Source: the human T2T-CHM13v2.0 reference genome, Homo sapiens
Direction: 5' to 3' (one strand)
DNA: 64,000 nt
NCBI RefSeq assembly: GCF_009914755.1
Contig: NC_060926.1
Notes under the pieces: generated by a model
Told to the model about the DNA's origin: nothing
Seen by the model: only the letters and a program-made list of their open reading frames with translations
The model's database searches: none
Shown: positions 14,600 to 30,577 of the stretch, in pieces
Layout of the letters: each line of letters begins with the position of its first letter
Numbering within the stretch: the stretch's first letter is position 1
Made by a program: the position numbers and the translations under genes

Positions 14600-16423
14600 G
14601 TTCTAGAGTTAAAGAACTATAATAACTGCCTTATCTCCACCAAGCTAAATGGAGTGATGTTGAGGCTTCTCCATCTATCGATCTGTCTCTGATCAGAAGC
14701 GCATATACCAAATGGCAGCTGTGGGTCTAATTAGATCGTAGGATGATGAATGACTCATATTTTTTATTTTGTGCATTCTAGTTACCTAAAATGAGCATGT
14801 ATTACTTTGAAAATCTGAAGAAACGTATATGACAGAATTGTTACCCAAAAAGATAAAGAGACTTGCTAGCTGGGATCCAGCGAACAACAGCCCAAGGAAA
14901 TGAGACTGACTCAACAGCCAGACTCTCACCTTCCTTACAGACCTGGGTTGGTCCTTCCAGTCCCTGAACCTTTTGCTGTAGATGTTTTACAATGAAGACC
15001 AGTCCTTTTTATATACAAAGAAAGTAGCCACAAAATGTGTATGATTTGAGAAATAAGGAAAATCCCACAGGTCCTTAAATATCTCCCTTACCCACCTGCT
15101 ATAGTGTGTGAAAAATTCCTCAACAGGCTAATTCCTAAAGGACTTTAGAAGATGTGCATTGTCACCCCAGCCTCTATGTTATCTGGTAGGGACATTGTTA
15201 ACTTTCCAACCAGGGAAAGCTGTGATGTAATGCAACATCTTCATTGACCTCAGGTCTCTAAGAGTGAGCAGGAATCTAAGGGGTTGGGACAAGTGACAGG
15301 CAGATTTTGATGGCAGGTTCAATATCAGAAGTTCCAGGTCACGTGATCCAGCCTGGAGGAAAGAGGGAGCCCAGCTGTGTGCATCCAGAGGTCAGCCCAG
15401 GAAAGGGGACCTGGAGAGAGGGAGCTAAGACAGACTTACATAAATAACATGAAGATTGAGAGCCTGCAGGCCCCAGCCTGGCAACAGGGCTGCCAGGTTG
15501 CACTGCAGCTCCAAGCTGGCCCTGCCGTGCCTCCTCCGGACAGTGACCCTGCACAGGAGCTTGACAGGGGGCCTGCCTCAAAGGCCAAATGTCCAATACA
15601 GGTGGAAATCATACATTTCACACTCAATGGCACTTTAAAAACAGCTCAACTACTTGTATAAAATTGTCTTCTGGGACATCTTATTTTCCAAAGACAAAAT
15701 TTTCTGGACAAGAATTGGTACTGGGAGCCCAAGTCTGGCTCATAATGAAACTCAGAGACTGCGTAGATTCCTTTTAAAAAGAAATCTCAAGTCTTGCAGA
15801 GATCCGGCTTACCTCCTGAAAAAGGTGCGGCAAGCACCTACACCCCGTTATTTCCTATCTACTGCCTTGTTTATAAAAATCACTCAAATATAGTTTTTCT
15901 GAATTCTGTTCTGGGAATGTCCCAGGCTTAGAGTCCAGGCAGGCTGACTTATAGTTCTGTGCCAACCAAAAAGCTCCATATATTTAGAGGTATGGACATC
16001 CATCTTCTTGGCAATAACACTCTGCTGAGGAAAACAAATCAGGAAACAGATCCTTCAGTGGGCAATGTTAACCAGCTGTGGAGTAGTGCTCTTGAATTCT
16101 GCCACAGGCCTGACAATCCATGGCCTCTGTATACAAGGGGACACATACCGTTGCACCTAGTAGCACAGACCAGCCAGCCAACCCTGGAGCATGTGTCTGT
16201 TCCCTGGTTATTCTCCTTACTTGGTTGTGACTCAATCATGAATGCCTAGCACTATCCCTGGTGCATGATAGGATATTAAAGTTTGTTGAATGAATGAATT
16301 AATGATTTATCAAATATGTAATAATTTATAATGGCATTGACTATGTATCCAACAGTATGCTAAGCAATCTAGATTTTATTATTTAATCTAATCACCTGTA
16401 CAAACCATTTTACAGATAAGAAA

Positions 16424-16670
16424 TGGGAGGAGGAAGAATGAATCAGAAAAGAAAAGAGGAAAGAAGGATCAAGGGAGGGAATGGGAGGGCAGCCAAGGGG
16501 AGGAGAAGAATAAAAGAGAAAGAGGATAGAAGGAGAGAGGAAAGAAGAGAGGGGTGGGATAGAATAGAGAGGAGAAGGGGAAGGTGGGGAAGGGAGTGAT
16601 GAGGACAGGCGAGATGGGAAGAAAGGGACTAGAATGAGAGAGGGAGAGAGCTAGGGAGGGAGGGATTTAG
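16424..16670. repeat. GA-rich low-complexity purine tract
   Basis: About 250 bp almost entirely A/G on the + strand. Confidence 0.85.
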
Positions 16671-17727
16671 AGACAGACCAACTGGTACCTACAAGTAGCT
16701 TTTTCCTAAGGGAAGCCCCGGTCCAGCAGAAGGAGCTGAGGACTGCAGTGGAGCCAGCAGAGCACACCATCTGGAGGGGCTGACAGAGGAGCCTGGTGCA
16801 ACAGCAAGACAGGAACTGGCAGCAAGGATCTGACAAGAGCAACCTGCTGGCCAGGCCCTGGCAAAAGAACTCTTGATGTGAGCCAGATATTAAAACCTAG
16901 CAGGCAGGCTTGATAAGTCTGTCAGCAAGTACTGAAGCTGGAGACGTTGGATTAGAAACCAGAGACAGGACTCTAATCCAAGGTTACAAACAGGGACCTA
17001 GACACAGAGCACAGGGCAGGAATCCAGTTACAGAACAGAAGCACAGGGGAGGCCCAGGCAGGACGCCTCCAGTTGGATTGAGGGAAGGTATTTAATGTGT
17101 TATAGCAAAGTTTTCGCATATTTGTTTGTTTTTAAAGCAAGGACTTTATTGTATTGGGTGGGGGGCAAATAGTAGTCATAACAAAATAAAATTAAGCAAT
17201 ACAAAATACAACAAAGTAAAACTCATTAAATTGCATTACCTAGGAATAAGCCTTATTAATGTTTGTAGATTTCATTTCTAATAACTCTGAGCACATATAC
17301 AGAGAAAAACACACAGATGGACCCTCAGACACACAACTAGATTTTACTAACTGGTATTTTTTAAGTATTAAGATTAAGTTTAAAATGTACTTAAATTTGT
17401 GGCCCAAATTTTTACTTCCTCATGTTTTGTAAAACCGCAAGCAAAAAATAGGATTTCAAGTCATCCCAGACTATGATACTGCCTTAAGGTACACAGCAGA
17501 AGCAACTGAAGTTTCTCTCTGGAGGACCTACCTTCTGCCCAGCCCCCAGAGAATTCCTACAGATAAAGTTCCAAGGAGCAGCTTAGAATTTAACATCATA
17601 AAATACCCAAGAAAACAAGGTGCCATGTTTGAGAATAAGCCAAAACAAGAAAGGGTGGAAACATCATGAAACATTTTAGATTTAGAATTATTCAGAAACA
17701 TTATTTAAAATTATGTTCACTATGCTT

Positions 17728-18021
17728 GGCTGGGAGCTGTGGCTCACTCCTGTAATTACAGCACTTTGGGAGGCCGAGGCAGGTGGATCACCCAAGGTCA
17801 GGAGTTCAAGACCAACCTGGCCAACATGGTGAAACCCGTCTCTACTAAAAATACAAAAAATAAGTCAGGCAGGCACCTATAATTCCAGCTACTCAGGAGT
17901 CTGAGGCAGGAGAATCACTTGAACCGGTGAGGCAGAAGTTGCAGTAAGCCAAGATCGTACCACTGCACTCCAGCCTGGGCAGCAGAGTGAGACTCTGCCT
18001 CAAAAAATAAAAATAAAAATA
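17728..18021 (+). mobile_element. AluS
   Basis: Dimer with small deletion; long TSD aaaattatgtt(c/t)ac(t/c)atgctt. Confidence 0.95.
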
Positions 18022-20566
18022 AAATTATGTTTACCATGCTTAAAGAAATAGAGGGGACGCTTGAAAATGAACAGGGAACTAAAAATATGAAGTGTGCCCA
18101 ACCATTTCAAAAAGAACCAAACAAAACTTCTGGAAGTTTTTTAAAAAACTAATAATTGAGATTAAAACCTTAATGATTGACTGCAAAGCAGATTAGTCAT
18201 AGCTGAAGAGACACATAGTGAACTAGAAATGAGGACTAAAGAGATTATTAAAATTAGCCACAAATAGATGAAGAGATGGAAAAATACCAAAAAGAAGTCA
18301 AGAGGCATGAACGATGGAGTAGGAAGGTACAACACATTATGGTCAGAATTCCAGAAAGAAGAGAAGGAGAACTAGGCAGAAGCAATCTTTGAAAAAAAAA
18401 AATAATAATAAGAGGTAAGCATTTTCTAGAACAGATTAAGTACTCTAATCCACAGATTTCAATCAGAATTCCAGAAAGAAGAGAAGGAGAACCAGGCAGA
18501 AGCAATCTTTGAATAAAAAATAAGAGGTAAGCATTTTCTAGAACGGATTAAGTACTCTAATCCAAAGATTTCAGAAGAAAGAGGATAGAGAAATACATTC
18601 TGAGATACATCATAATCAAACTAGAAAATACCAAAACAAAGAGCAGATTATAAAAGTAGCCAGGAAGGAAAGATAAATTACTATCAAAGGAAGAAAAATT
18701 GTGTTACAAGACTCTTCTCAATGTAAACCAGAATACAGTGGGATAACATCTTCAACAATGGAAATTAGTACTTATTTGTGTCTATGATGTACCCAGAAGT
18801 GCTTTACTTACATTAACCCGTTTAATCTTCAAAATCACAATGAGGTAGGCATTACTATTATGCACATTTTACACACAAGAAAACTGAACCAGAAAGCTTA
18901 ACTAATTTTCCCACACAGCTAGTAAATGTCAGAGTCAGAATTCAAACCAAGTTGGCCTTGTTTCAGAGACTATGCTCTTAACTACTACCGTCAACTAACT
19001 CTCTGTGCTGAGAGAAATCATGTCAGCCTGAATTTTTTTCCAAAGTATCTTTCTATAACGAGGCCTCAGTTTCCTCTTTCAGTAATGACAGACTATATAA
19101 TTCAATTAAAAATTTTAATCTGTAATTTAAAACCTTCCCACAAGGAAAACTTCAGGCCCAGATGGACTCACTAACAAATTCTACCAAATATTTAAGAAAA
19201 AAATAAAGCCAATATTATACAAACTCTACGGCGGGGTGGGAGAAGAACATCCCAAATTCCCTTTTTGAGGCAAAAATAATCCTGATACACAAAATGACCA
19301 AAAAAATGGTAAGAAAGCAAAATTATAAATCAATCTCACTCATGCACATAGATGCAAAATTTTTTATCAAAGTATTAGCAAATCAAATCCACAAGGGCAA
19401 TTTGGCAAAATCTGTGCAATTAAAAAGGCATTTACCCTGTGGCCTGGCAACCCTAATTCTGGGAATTCATCTCACAGATTTAACTACCCTTGTAGAAATT
19501 GACCAGTGTTCACTACAATATAGAGTACTCATTACATCATTGTTTGTATTAGAAAGATTGGAGACAACCCAAGTTTCCAACAATAAAGCTCTCATTAAAC
19601 AAATTATTATACATCCATACAATGGAATATTGTTATACAAAAATGAATGATGACAATCCTATATATTGATGTGAAAGATCACTGAGATATACTGTTAAGT
19701 TTAAAAACTCAAAGTACAGAAGTGTTTGCATTATGCTGACTGTTGTATGTGAAAGTAGAAAAATAAGAATTCATATTCATAGTTCTGTGAATACTAAGAA
19801 ATATCAGATGATTACATAAGTCTTCTATGGGGCGAGGTGGTAGTCAGTAGTGGGAGAAAGAATTTTTGATTGAATTTTCACCTCATATATTGTATTTTGA
19901 AACATGGGAGTATACTACAAAACCAAATAAATAAATATCAGAAAATAATAATGTCTTATGAAGAGAAAGTAAAACAAGATACAATGCAAACATATGACAG
20001 AAATATCATAAAAGGAAAGAAGGGCATAATTGGAATGATGATGGCCCAAGGTCCTGCATTGTTTGGGATGGAAAGCAAACATATTGGTTAACTTTAGAAG
20101 TTAAGCATTAATGTTATAATTTACTTAATTGATATATAGGATTCTAATAACATGGGCTTGAAATATATAAAGCAAAGTTTGACAGAACTACTAGGAGAAA
20201 TAAAAATTTTTCCATCATAGTGGGAGATTTTAAGATGCCTATCTAAGAAATGTATGGTTTCAAGACAAAATTTAATCTTTTATTAAATTAAAAAATAAGG
20301 ATATAGAAAATTTGAACAACATAATAAACAGTCTTGGTTTAATAGCCATGTATATATATCTGGAATCAATAATCAGAGAGAACAGATGAGGTGCAAATGA
20401 AGTATTTGTAAAAATTGACTTTGTACCAGGCCATAAAATAAATCTCAGTAAATTTCAAACCACTGGTAACATCAGACTTTGTTTTTACTACTACACTATC
20501 AATACAGAAGCTCACAACTGAAACATGTACTACATTATAACATTTTTAAAAATTAATTCAAATCTT

Positions 20567-20868
<302 letters not shown>

Positions 20869-21922
20869 GTTCCAATCTTAAACCGTAGAAAGATACTCTA
20901 ACTCGTATTATGAGGCAAACATAACTTTAATTTGAAAACAGAACAAAGACATTATTAGAAAGTAACATTACAGTCTAACCTCATTCATGAATATCATGCA
21001 AAATCCCTACACGAACTATTGTGCTTTTTCTATTGGCAAAGCAGGAGGGGCTAGAAATTGAAGTAGTAGAGATACTGAGACCAGAATAAAAGATGGCACA
21101 GAAACAGCAGTGGTCTCAAGGAAAAGGGCCACCAGAGCTCCTGCTTGGCATTAGAGGACTTTAGCTCTGTTTTGCAACAGTTCTGGGTCTGAGCACCAAA
21201 TGCAATTTCCACAAGTGTATGTTGGGGGACAGAGAGAGAGTCCTCCCCTTTCTACTAGAAAATCAACGTGGCTATAAAATTATTGTCACACTCTTTACCT
21301 CAGAACTTTCTGGGTATTATCTCACTGTGTTTTTACATGTGTTGATCCACTTGTTTTGGTGTTTTTGCTTTTTTTTTTTTTTTTTCTAAAGGCATCTCCA
21401 CTTGTCTCTTGGTTTACTGGAATTTTACCACAAAGTAGTTGATTTATTCGCTTCTAGAATGGCTCTAAAGTAATTATTCCCTGCTTTTTTTATGTTTGAT
21501 AATTGCTGATGTTTTGTTTTATTTCATGCTTTCTCTCATAATTATAGACATTGCTCCATTGACTATATTGTTGCTGTGGAAAGTCTCGTAATAATCTGAC
21601 CCTTGTTCAAAAGACTTGCTTATTCTGCATGATGACCTAAAGAATGCCTATCTTTTTCTTTCTCCAATAAATTTAAAAGGATACATTTCAGAGTCTATCA
21701 TCTGGACCAATTTTATTCTACAATATAGTTTGTCTTTTACATCAAAGTCAGGTATTCATTCCAGAGAAATTTTTCTTCTATGAAATCTTTTAACAACTTT
21801 TCTATTCATTGAGTTCTTTACTTCATGTTTATCAACATTTGATTATTATTATCTCTATTCCATAGCTGTTATCATCTTTTTCTGTATTTCTTTTATTCTC
21901 TTTTATAAATCATCTAAGTTTT

Positions 21923-22198
21923 GGCCAGGTGTGGTGGCTCATGCCTGTAATCCCAGCACTTTAAGAGGCCAAGTAGGGCAAATTGCTTGAGTACAGGAGT
22001 TCAAGACCAGCCTGGGCAACATGGCAAAACCTCCTCTCAAAAAACAAATACGAAAAAATAAGCCAGGTGTGGTGGTGCATGCCTGTGGTCCCAGCTATTC
22101 AGGAGGCTGAGGTGGGAAGATCACCTGAGCCTGAGAGGTGGAGGTTGCGGTGAGCAACCTGGGTGACAGAATGAGACCTTGTCTCAAAATTAAGTAAA
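21923..22198 (+). mobile_element. AluJ
   Basis: Alu consensus with right-arm deletion; TSD taaatca..taagtttt. Confidence 0.9.
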
Positions 22199-22211
22199 TA
22201 AATCACTTAAG

Positions 22212-22506
22212 TTTTTTTGTTTTGTTTTTTTTGAGACAGGGTCTCACTCTGTCACCCAGGCTGGAGTGCAGTGGTGTGATCATGGCTCACTTGCAGCCTC
22301 AAAACCCTGGGTCAGGCTATCCTCCCACCTCAGCCGTCTGAGTAGCTAGGACTACAGGTGTATGCCACCACGCCCAGCTAATTTTTGTATTTTTTGTAGA
22401 GACCGGGTTTTGCCATGTTGCCCAGGCTTGTCTTGAATTCCTGTGGTCCACCTGTGTCAGCCTCCCAAGGTGCTAGGATTACAGGCATGAGCCACCACAC
22501 CCAGCC
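22212..22506 (-). mobile_element. AluJ
   Basis: gagacagggtctcactctg...gagccaccacacccagcc. Confidence 0.9.
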
Positions 22507-22750
22507 TCTGTTTAACAAAATTATCTTTAGCTTTTCCTGAATTTCAATGATTACATTTTCAGCCATGATTATTCTATTCCTTTCTGTTTTTAGTTAATTA
22601 CTTTTATAGTGATAGTGTTTTATTCCTCGTTTTCTTTCCTTAGCTTTGCAACCTCCAATTCCACCTCATTCAGATATTTTATCATCTAATTTCTGAGCTC
22701 CTTTAAAGATCTAATCAAATTCTTCTTAAATTGTTGTGTAGCATGAAATA

Positions 22751-22993
22751 CAGTCAGCCCTCTATATCCACCTGCTTGATATCTCAGATTCAACCAATGT
22801 CCAATCAAAAATATCCAGAAAAAAAATTTTAAAAGATAAATCATACCAGTTTTAAAAATACAGTATAACAACTATGTATTTACATAACATTTATGTTGGT
22901 ATTATTAAAATCTAGAGATGATTTAAAGTACTTGGGAGGACATGAGTAGGTTATATGCAAATTCTACATTATTTTATATATGGGACTTGAGCA
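22751..22993. mobile_element. Tigger3a-like
   Basis: cagtcagccctctatatcc...tctagagatgatttaaagta...gggacttgagca. Confidence 0.7.
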
Positions 22994-23115
22994 GGTTATA
23001 AAATACAGTATTTATGATTGCTTTATTTTATTACATTTTAATCAATTTGTAATTACATATTTAATCATTTTATTGTTATTGCATATTTAATCAATGTGTG
23101 TATATATATCTATAT

Positions 23116-23510
23116 CTGTCTTAGTCCATTTTGTGCTGCTCATAAAAATATTGCATATTTATAAAGCAGATAAATTTATTTGGTGCTTGGTTTTAGAGTC
23201 TGGGGAGTCCAAGCCCATGGTGCCAGCATCTGGTGAGGGCCTTCCTGCTGATTTATCCCATGATGGAAGGTAGAAGGGCAAGCAAGTGGGAGGGACAGAG
23301 ATAGGAAATTGGGCCACACTTACCCCTTTTATCAGGAACCCACTCCCATGATAACTCACCCGCTCCAGTGGATAATGGCATTAATCAACCCATGATAGCA
23401 GAACCCTCAGGATCTAATCACCTCTTAAAGGTCTCACTTCTTAATATTATTACACTGGCAATTACATTTCAACATGAGTTTTGGAGAGGATGCTTAAACC
23501 ATAATAATAT
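23116..23510 (-). mobile_element. MST-family LTR
   Basis: tgtcttagtccattttgtgctgct...tttcaacatgagttttggagagga...aaccata. Confidence 0.75.
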
Positions 23511-24144
23511 CTGTATGTCAACATATAAAGTATAATATACAAATATATAAATTTTATGTAAAAATACAAAAAGGTACATGCCAAAATGTTAATTCTGGTG
23601 TTCTCTAAAAGAATAATTCTCACTTTCTGCTTTATATCTGTCTACATTTCATAAAATTTCTACAATAAACATGTATATTTTTCAAGGCATCCTATTGTTT
23701 TATTTTATTTTATTGGTTTTATTTATAGCCTGCCTTTTTCCAAAATGTATCTGATGTTCTTTTCAGCAGAAGAAATACATAACAAAGTTAATGAAATAGA
23801 AAATCAGGACCAAGGGGAAAACAAAGAAAATAAATAAGGAAAATTGAGAGAAACAAAGGAGCTGCAAGGATGACCTGATTCTGTAGAAAAATACGTTGCT
23901 GCCATGTCCCTGCCATGTCCAGCCTGGATGGGCCCAAAGTCCTGTTGTAGGTCTGTGGGTTCCAGCAGGGGAAAAGGAAGTCAGATGGGAGGTGAAGCAG
24001 AGACTGGACGTACATCTACCCTAGAGCTGAAGGGTTATTTCTTCACATATCCCAGCCCAGAAGCAGAACATGTAGCCTGTCATAAAGAAGCTGCTGTTTA
24101 CACCTAGAACCAGCCTAGCCACTACCATCAAAAAAACATCTACA

Positions 24145-24463
<319 letters not shown>

Positions 24464-25503
24464 TTATGGGATGATTTAAACAAACCAACATTTGGAACAT
24501 TAAATTGGATATTAAAATTAAAAGCTAACATGAAGTCAATTCTGAAATTGGCTAATTGCTGTCCTCTGCAGGAAGAGGGCTTTCACATGCCCGTTCACAG
24601 TGTCTGAGGGAGACTGCCATCCAGGGCTGCAGGCTGGACAGGCGACCCAGCTGCACTTCCTGCCTAGATTGCTCTTTGTTTGATGCTGCCCCATTTTTGT
24701 TAAGCGTGGCAGAGTCCATTTCATCAGCTACTGCCTGCCCAGCCCCAATCCTAATGCCTCTTCATTGTCTTCTGGATAAAATACAAACTCCACAAACTGA
24801 TGTTCAAAGCTCTCAACAATCAGGTCACACCCTGTCCACATATATTAATTCCAACTCAAATTAGCAAAGATGTACTCAGCCTAACAGTTGAGGGTGCTTG
24901 ACTGCATAAACTTCCCCTTAAAACCCGACTGTCTAGCAGGAGAGACAGATATATAAACCAAACTTGTAATACAGTGTGGAATGGCATTTATAATGGAACT
25001 CAAATAATGGAATAACTTATTATTTTGTATTGGCTGAGTGGCTACAGAAAATCCTAAAAGGTCTTGGAGTCACCTGAGCTGGCTCTTGGAGTAGAAAGAG
25101 GAATTTTGCCAGTGGTGAAACTAAGGAAGGCTGTTGAGAAAACAGTGAAAAGGTATGAATGAACATTTTATTTTCAGAGAACCTAGAGCAATCCAGAGCT
25201 GCTGGAGAATAACTGGGATATTTCACTGCAAAACTCTAATGGCATGAATGGCATTGCCATTCATATAGAAATACAATGTGAATGGCACCCCATCCTACCA
25301 TGCTGCACAGCACTGGCCCTCAGTCATCAATGTGGGACTGACTGAACACATGATTAGAAAAATGGGCTTGGGCTAGGAGGGACTTTGAATTCTGTAAGAT
25401 TTATACTTTATTCTGTGAAAATTAAGAGAGCTATCAGGAATTTTAAAGCCTTGGAGTGACTCCATCACGTATGAGTATTCAAAGAGATGTGTATTTATTT
25501 TAG

Positions 25504-25905
<402 letters not shown>

Positions 25906-27656
25906 TGAGACTAGGGTTCAGTTAGGAAGAGATTGCAATTGTTCTGACCAGGGACTGTGAGGGCCTTGAGCAGCACGGTGGCAGGGGAATCAAGGCATTG
26001 AGATATATGAGGTTTTCCAAGATAGGTTCCAGTGAAATTAGTAACTCATTGATGTGGGTGGTGAGGGAGAAAGAGTCAACAAGTTCAGGAATTGGGTGAC
26101 TAGGTGGGTGGGAATGGTGATCACCAAGACAACAAATTCCAGGTAGCAGCTGTTTTACAGGGAAAGATGATGAATCCCATCTCAGGTATGTACATTTAAG
26201 AGGCTTATAAAACATTAGGATAACCAGAGATAAAGGTCTGGGACTCATTAGCCAAGTTCTGGCTCAAAATAAAAATAGGAGAATTGTTACTCTGTAGATG
26301 GTAATTGAAAGTCATGGAACTATGTCTCTAGCTTTCAGTGATGATGTGGACAGTTGCAATGGGTCATCACACTCACTATAACAACTCGGAAAAGCATAAA
26401 TAAGCTAAATGAGTAAATGACATCAGAGAGTTGTGGAAGCAAAGAAGTCTAAAGGAACAGAGTGCTGGTGAAGGAGGCCCTCCTAGGTGAAAAGAGGTCA
26501 GAGGCTGCTCTCCTCCCTAGAGGGGTCTGCTGAGTATGTGGAGAATCCAGCCTGCCATAGGCACAGGGACTTTACAAAAATGAGGAGAAACTAGCTGAGC
26601 TTAGAACAACCTGTGGGCTGGCAAGACTGATTGGAATCTGTAAGAGCTTGAAATGCAGAGCTAATTCTCTATGTCCACCACAACTGCTGGCCATGCAGTC
26701 ACAGCAGTGAGAGAAGCTGGACCAGGCTGGAGAGAGGAAACACCCACAGCATGAGGAGCTCAGAGTCCAGAGCCCTGCTAGAGGCAGGGCCTAGAACCGA
26801 CACAGGATGGAACCTTGGCCCTTATTTCTCACCATATGCAAAAATTAATTTGAGATGGCTATGTGAAATGTGAAAGCTGCAATTTATTTTTTTAATTGAT
26901 AAATTGAACTTGGTCAAAGTGAAAGACTTTTGTCCATGAAAAGATACCATTAAAAGAATTAAAAGATAAGCTGAGAGAAAATATTCACCATAAATATATA
27001 TAATATATATATACACACATATATGATATAACTTGTGTCCAAAATATGTAAAGAACTCTTAGAAATCAGTAACAGAAACCATACTGCCCAATTAACACAA
27101 TATGCCAAAGACTTGAGAAGGCATTTCACAAAAAAAGCTATCCAGGTGACCAAAAAGCTTATAGGAAGATGCTTAAAATTGATCAGGGAAATGCAAAGAA
27201 AACCCACAAAGAGATGCTACTATATTATCACCAGAATGAGCTAAAATAAAAAAGACTGAGTACTGCAAGCATTGGTTAGAATGTGGAGCCATTAGAATTC
27301 TCATAAACACCTGTTATGAGTGTAAAATGGTAAAAGCACTTTTGGAAACTATTTAGCACTTCCTTAAAAATGTAAACATAAGCTTTCTGTATGGTCTAGC
27401 AATTGGATTCCAACATATAAAGATATAGAAAATATATATCCACAAAAGGCTTATAAAGGGTTTTTTATAAAAATTTTATTTATAATGACCAAAAACTGAA
27501 AACATTCTCCAGCAAAAGGAAAATGGATAAACAAACTGCAATGTATTCATGCAATGGAATACTAAATGGTAGAGGAAAAAAACAAACTGTGGATCTATGC
27601 ATCAATGTAGTAGAAACTCAAAAACAACATATTAGATGAAAGAGGTAAGTAAGACA

Positions 27657-27998
<342 letters not shown>

Positions 27999-28730
27999 TT
28001 ATATGAAATCCCAAAACATGAAAAACTAATATATGATGTTAGAAGGAAGAAGAGGGGCTACCTTTGGGTAGAGAGGGAAGAGTGGGCCTTTACAGGAAGC
28101 AGCACAACAAAACTCCCTGAGCGGATGGAAATATTCTTGATTTTGATCTTGTTAGTTATACAGGTATGTAAATATGCAAAAAGTCATCAAGCTGTACACT
28201 TATGATTCATGCATTTTCCTGCAGTTAAATTATACTTCCAGATGTTATCCCCTGAAAAGGACACATCACCTATGCAGTATTCTGGCAGAGAATGCAGAAT
28301 ATAATCAATCTAATCACTAGGAAATATCAGGGAAACATAAAACAAGGAACTTTCTATTTTAAAAACATGTAAATATTGTAAAATACAAAGAAAGGCTGTG
28401 AAAAAGTTCCAGATTAAAGGAGGCTGTGGAGACGTGACAGCTAAAAACAATACCTGACCCTACATTGAATCATACACCAGAAGGGAAGAATGCTATACAT
28501 GATATTATTAGAACAACTGAAAAAACTGGAATATAGACAATAAGTTAGATAACATTATTCTATCAATCAGTGGAAATTTATGAAGGTGACAATTGCACTG
28601 TAATTATGTGACAGATTACTCCTATTCTTGGAATACATACCCTACAGAATTGAGAGGTGAAGGTCCATAATGTATATAATTTGCCTTCCAATGACTCAAA
28701 GGTGAACAATAAAAAATACATATAAGATGA

Positions 28731-29030
28731 GGCCAGGCACAGTGGCTCACTCCTGTAATCCCAGCACTTTGGAAGGCCAAGGCAGGAGGAGTTTCAGACC
28801 AGCCTGGCCAATATAGTAACACCTTAACTTTACAAAAAATTCAAAAATTAGCCAGGCATGGTGGTACACACCTATAGTCCAAGCTGTTTGGTAGGCTGAA
28901 GTGGGAGGATCACATGAGCCCAGCTGAGGCTGCAGTGAGCCATGATCACACCACTGCACTCCAGCCTGGGTGACACGGCAAGACCCTGTCTGAAAAAATA
29001 ATAATAAATAATAAATAAATAACTAAAATA
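28731..29030 (+). mobile_element. AluJ
   Basis: Dimer with small deletions and (AAT/AAAT) tail. Confidence 0.9.
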
Positions 29031-29320
29031 AGATATATCAGGTAGGATTTCTTTTCATTGTAGTATTTTTAATTTTACAAATTTTTGTAAATTTGAAATT
29101 ATTTCCAAGTAAAGTTTTTTCAAAAACCAAAAACATTTTTTAAATGCTTATATTGAGAAAACAGCACACTATAGATCACTGTTTATTAAATGATCATCCC
29201 AAATTAACAGTTGTTATTTCTGAAGGGTTATGAGGACTATGAGGTGATGGGGGTAAACATTAAATTTTTCTATATTATTTGACATTTTCCTACTTTCAAT
29301 ATTATTGGGGGAAAGAGATT

Positions 29321-29632
29321 TATTTTATTTTATTTTATTTTATTTATTTTTGAGACGGAGTCTCACACTGTTGCCCAGGCTGGAGTGCAGTGGTGCGATC
29401 TCGGCTCACTGCAACCTCTGACTCCTGGCTTCAAGTAATTCTCCTGACTCAGCCTCCTGAGTAGCTGGGATTACAGACGCCCACCACCACGCCTGGCTAA
29501 TTTTTTGTATTTTTAGTAGAGACAGAGTTTCACTATGTTGGCCAAGCTGGTCTCAAACTCCTGACCTCATGACCAGCCCACCTCAGCCTCCTGAAGTGCT
29601 GGGATTACAGGCGTGAGCCACCGCGCCCAGCC
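29321..29632 (-). mobile_element. AluS inserted in copy 1 of a local tandem duplication
   Basis: Full dimer; empty site preserved in copy 2 (29706-29813). Confidence 0.95.
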
Positions 29633-30137
29633 TATTTTAATTTTTAAGTACAAAACAACCATCAAAATGTGACTTTATTTATTTTTTTTTTTTGGTAGTT
29701 CAGGCTGACATTTTCCTACTTTCAATATTATTGGGGGAAAGAGATTATTTTAATTTTTTAAGTACAAAACAACCATCAAAATGTGACTTGTTTGTTTGTT
29801 TGAAGTTCAGGCTTGGACCAAAAGGCAAAACTTAAAACATCTAAGTCCTCTGAAACCTTTAAGGTTCAGGTCAAATGTCACCTGCTCCAGAAAGCCTTCC
29901 AATTTAGAAAAGGGTCTTTTGGTTAGGTGCAAGCTTACCTAATAAGTATCAGAAGTGAATATATTGGCCAATGGAATACACGAAAGCTTTGAACAAGCAA
30001 AACCTAAAAAGGGAGAAGCTACAGCTAGGCTGCGGGTACAACTGGGACTATGGAATAAAAGGTCCCCAGACGCTCCATCTCCTAACTCTGTCTTCACTTA
30101 GGATACATTCTTTCTCACTGAAGCCCATTTTATTCCA

Positions 30138-30577
30138 TGAAAGTTGTCAGAATCAAAATGGAGTCACTTGTCTTAAAAATTCTGACATACAGAGACAAGG
30201 AAGGTCACGAAGGGAGGTTCTCAACCATGAAAGCCTGATGACAAGAACTATCACAAAAGACTCTGCAAAAACCACAACCTTGCACAAAGGACATCGCAAC
30301 CTTACACAAAAAAATACTCCTGCTAGGACATCTGCCCACCAACTACCTGTCCAACCTAGGTCTGGTGTCACTCTTGTTATTAATCCTTGTAGCCAAAGAT
30401 AATATCTCAAAACTATTATGTAATCTTCCTCATTTTTCCTTTAAAATTCTTTGTCTTCCTTTATCTCCCTGAAAGTGCACATAGTTTTCCATAGCACGCA
30501 TCTCCCCATTGCAATGCCTATTCCCAAATATAATTTTCTTTTAGAAAGTCTCCCTCTCTGTTGTTTAGATTGGCACA
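30138..30577 (+). mobile_element. MER65-like ERV1 solo LTR
   Basis: tgaaagttgtcagaatcaaaatggagtcac...ca with 4-bp TSD tcca (30134-37, 30578-81). Confidence 0.75.
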
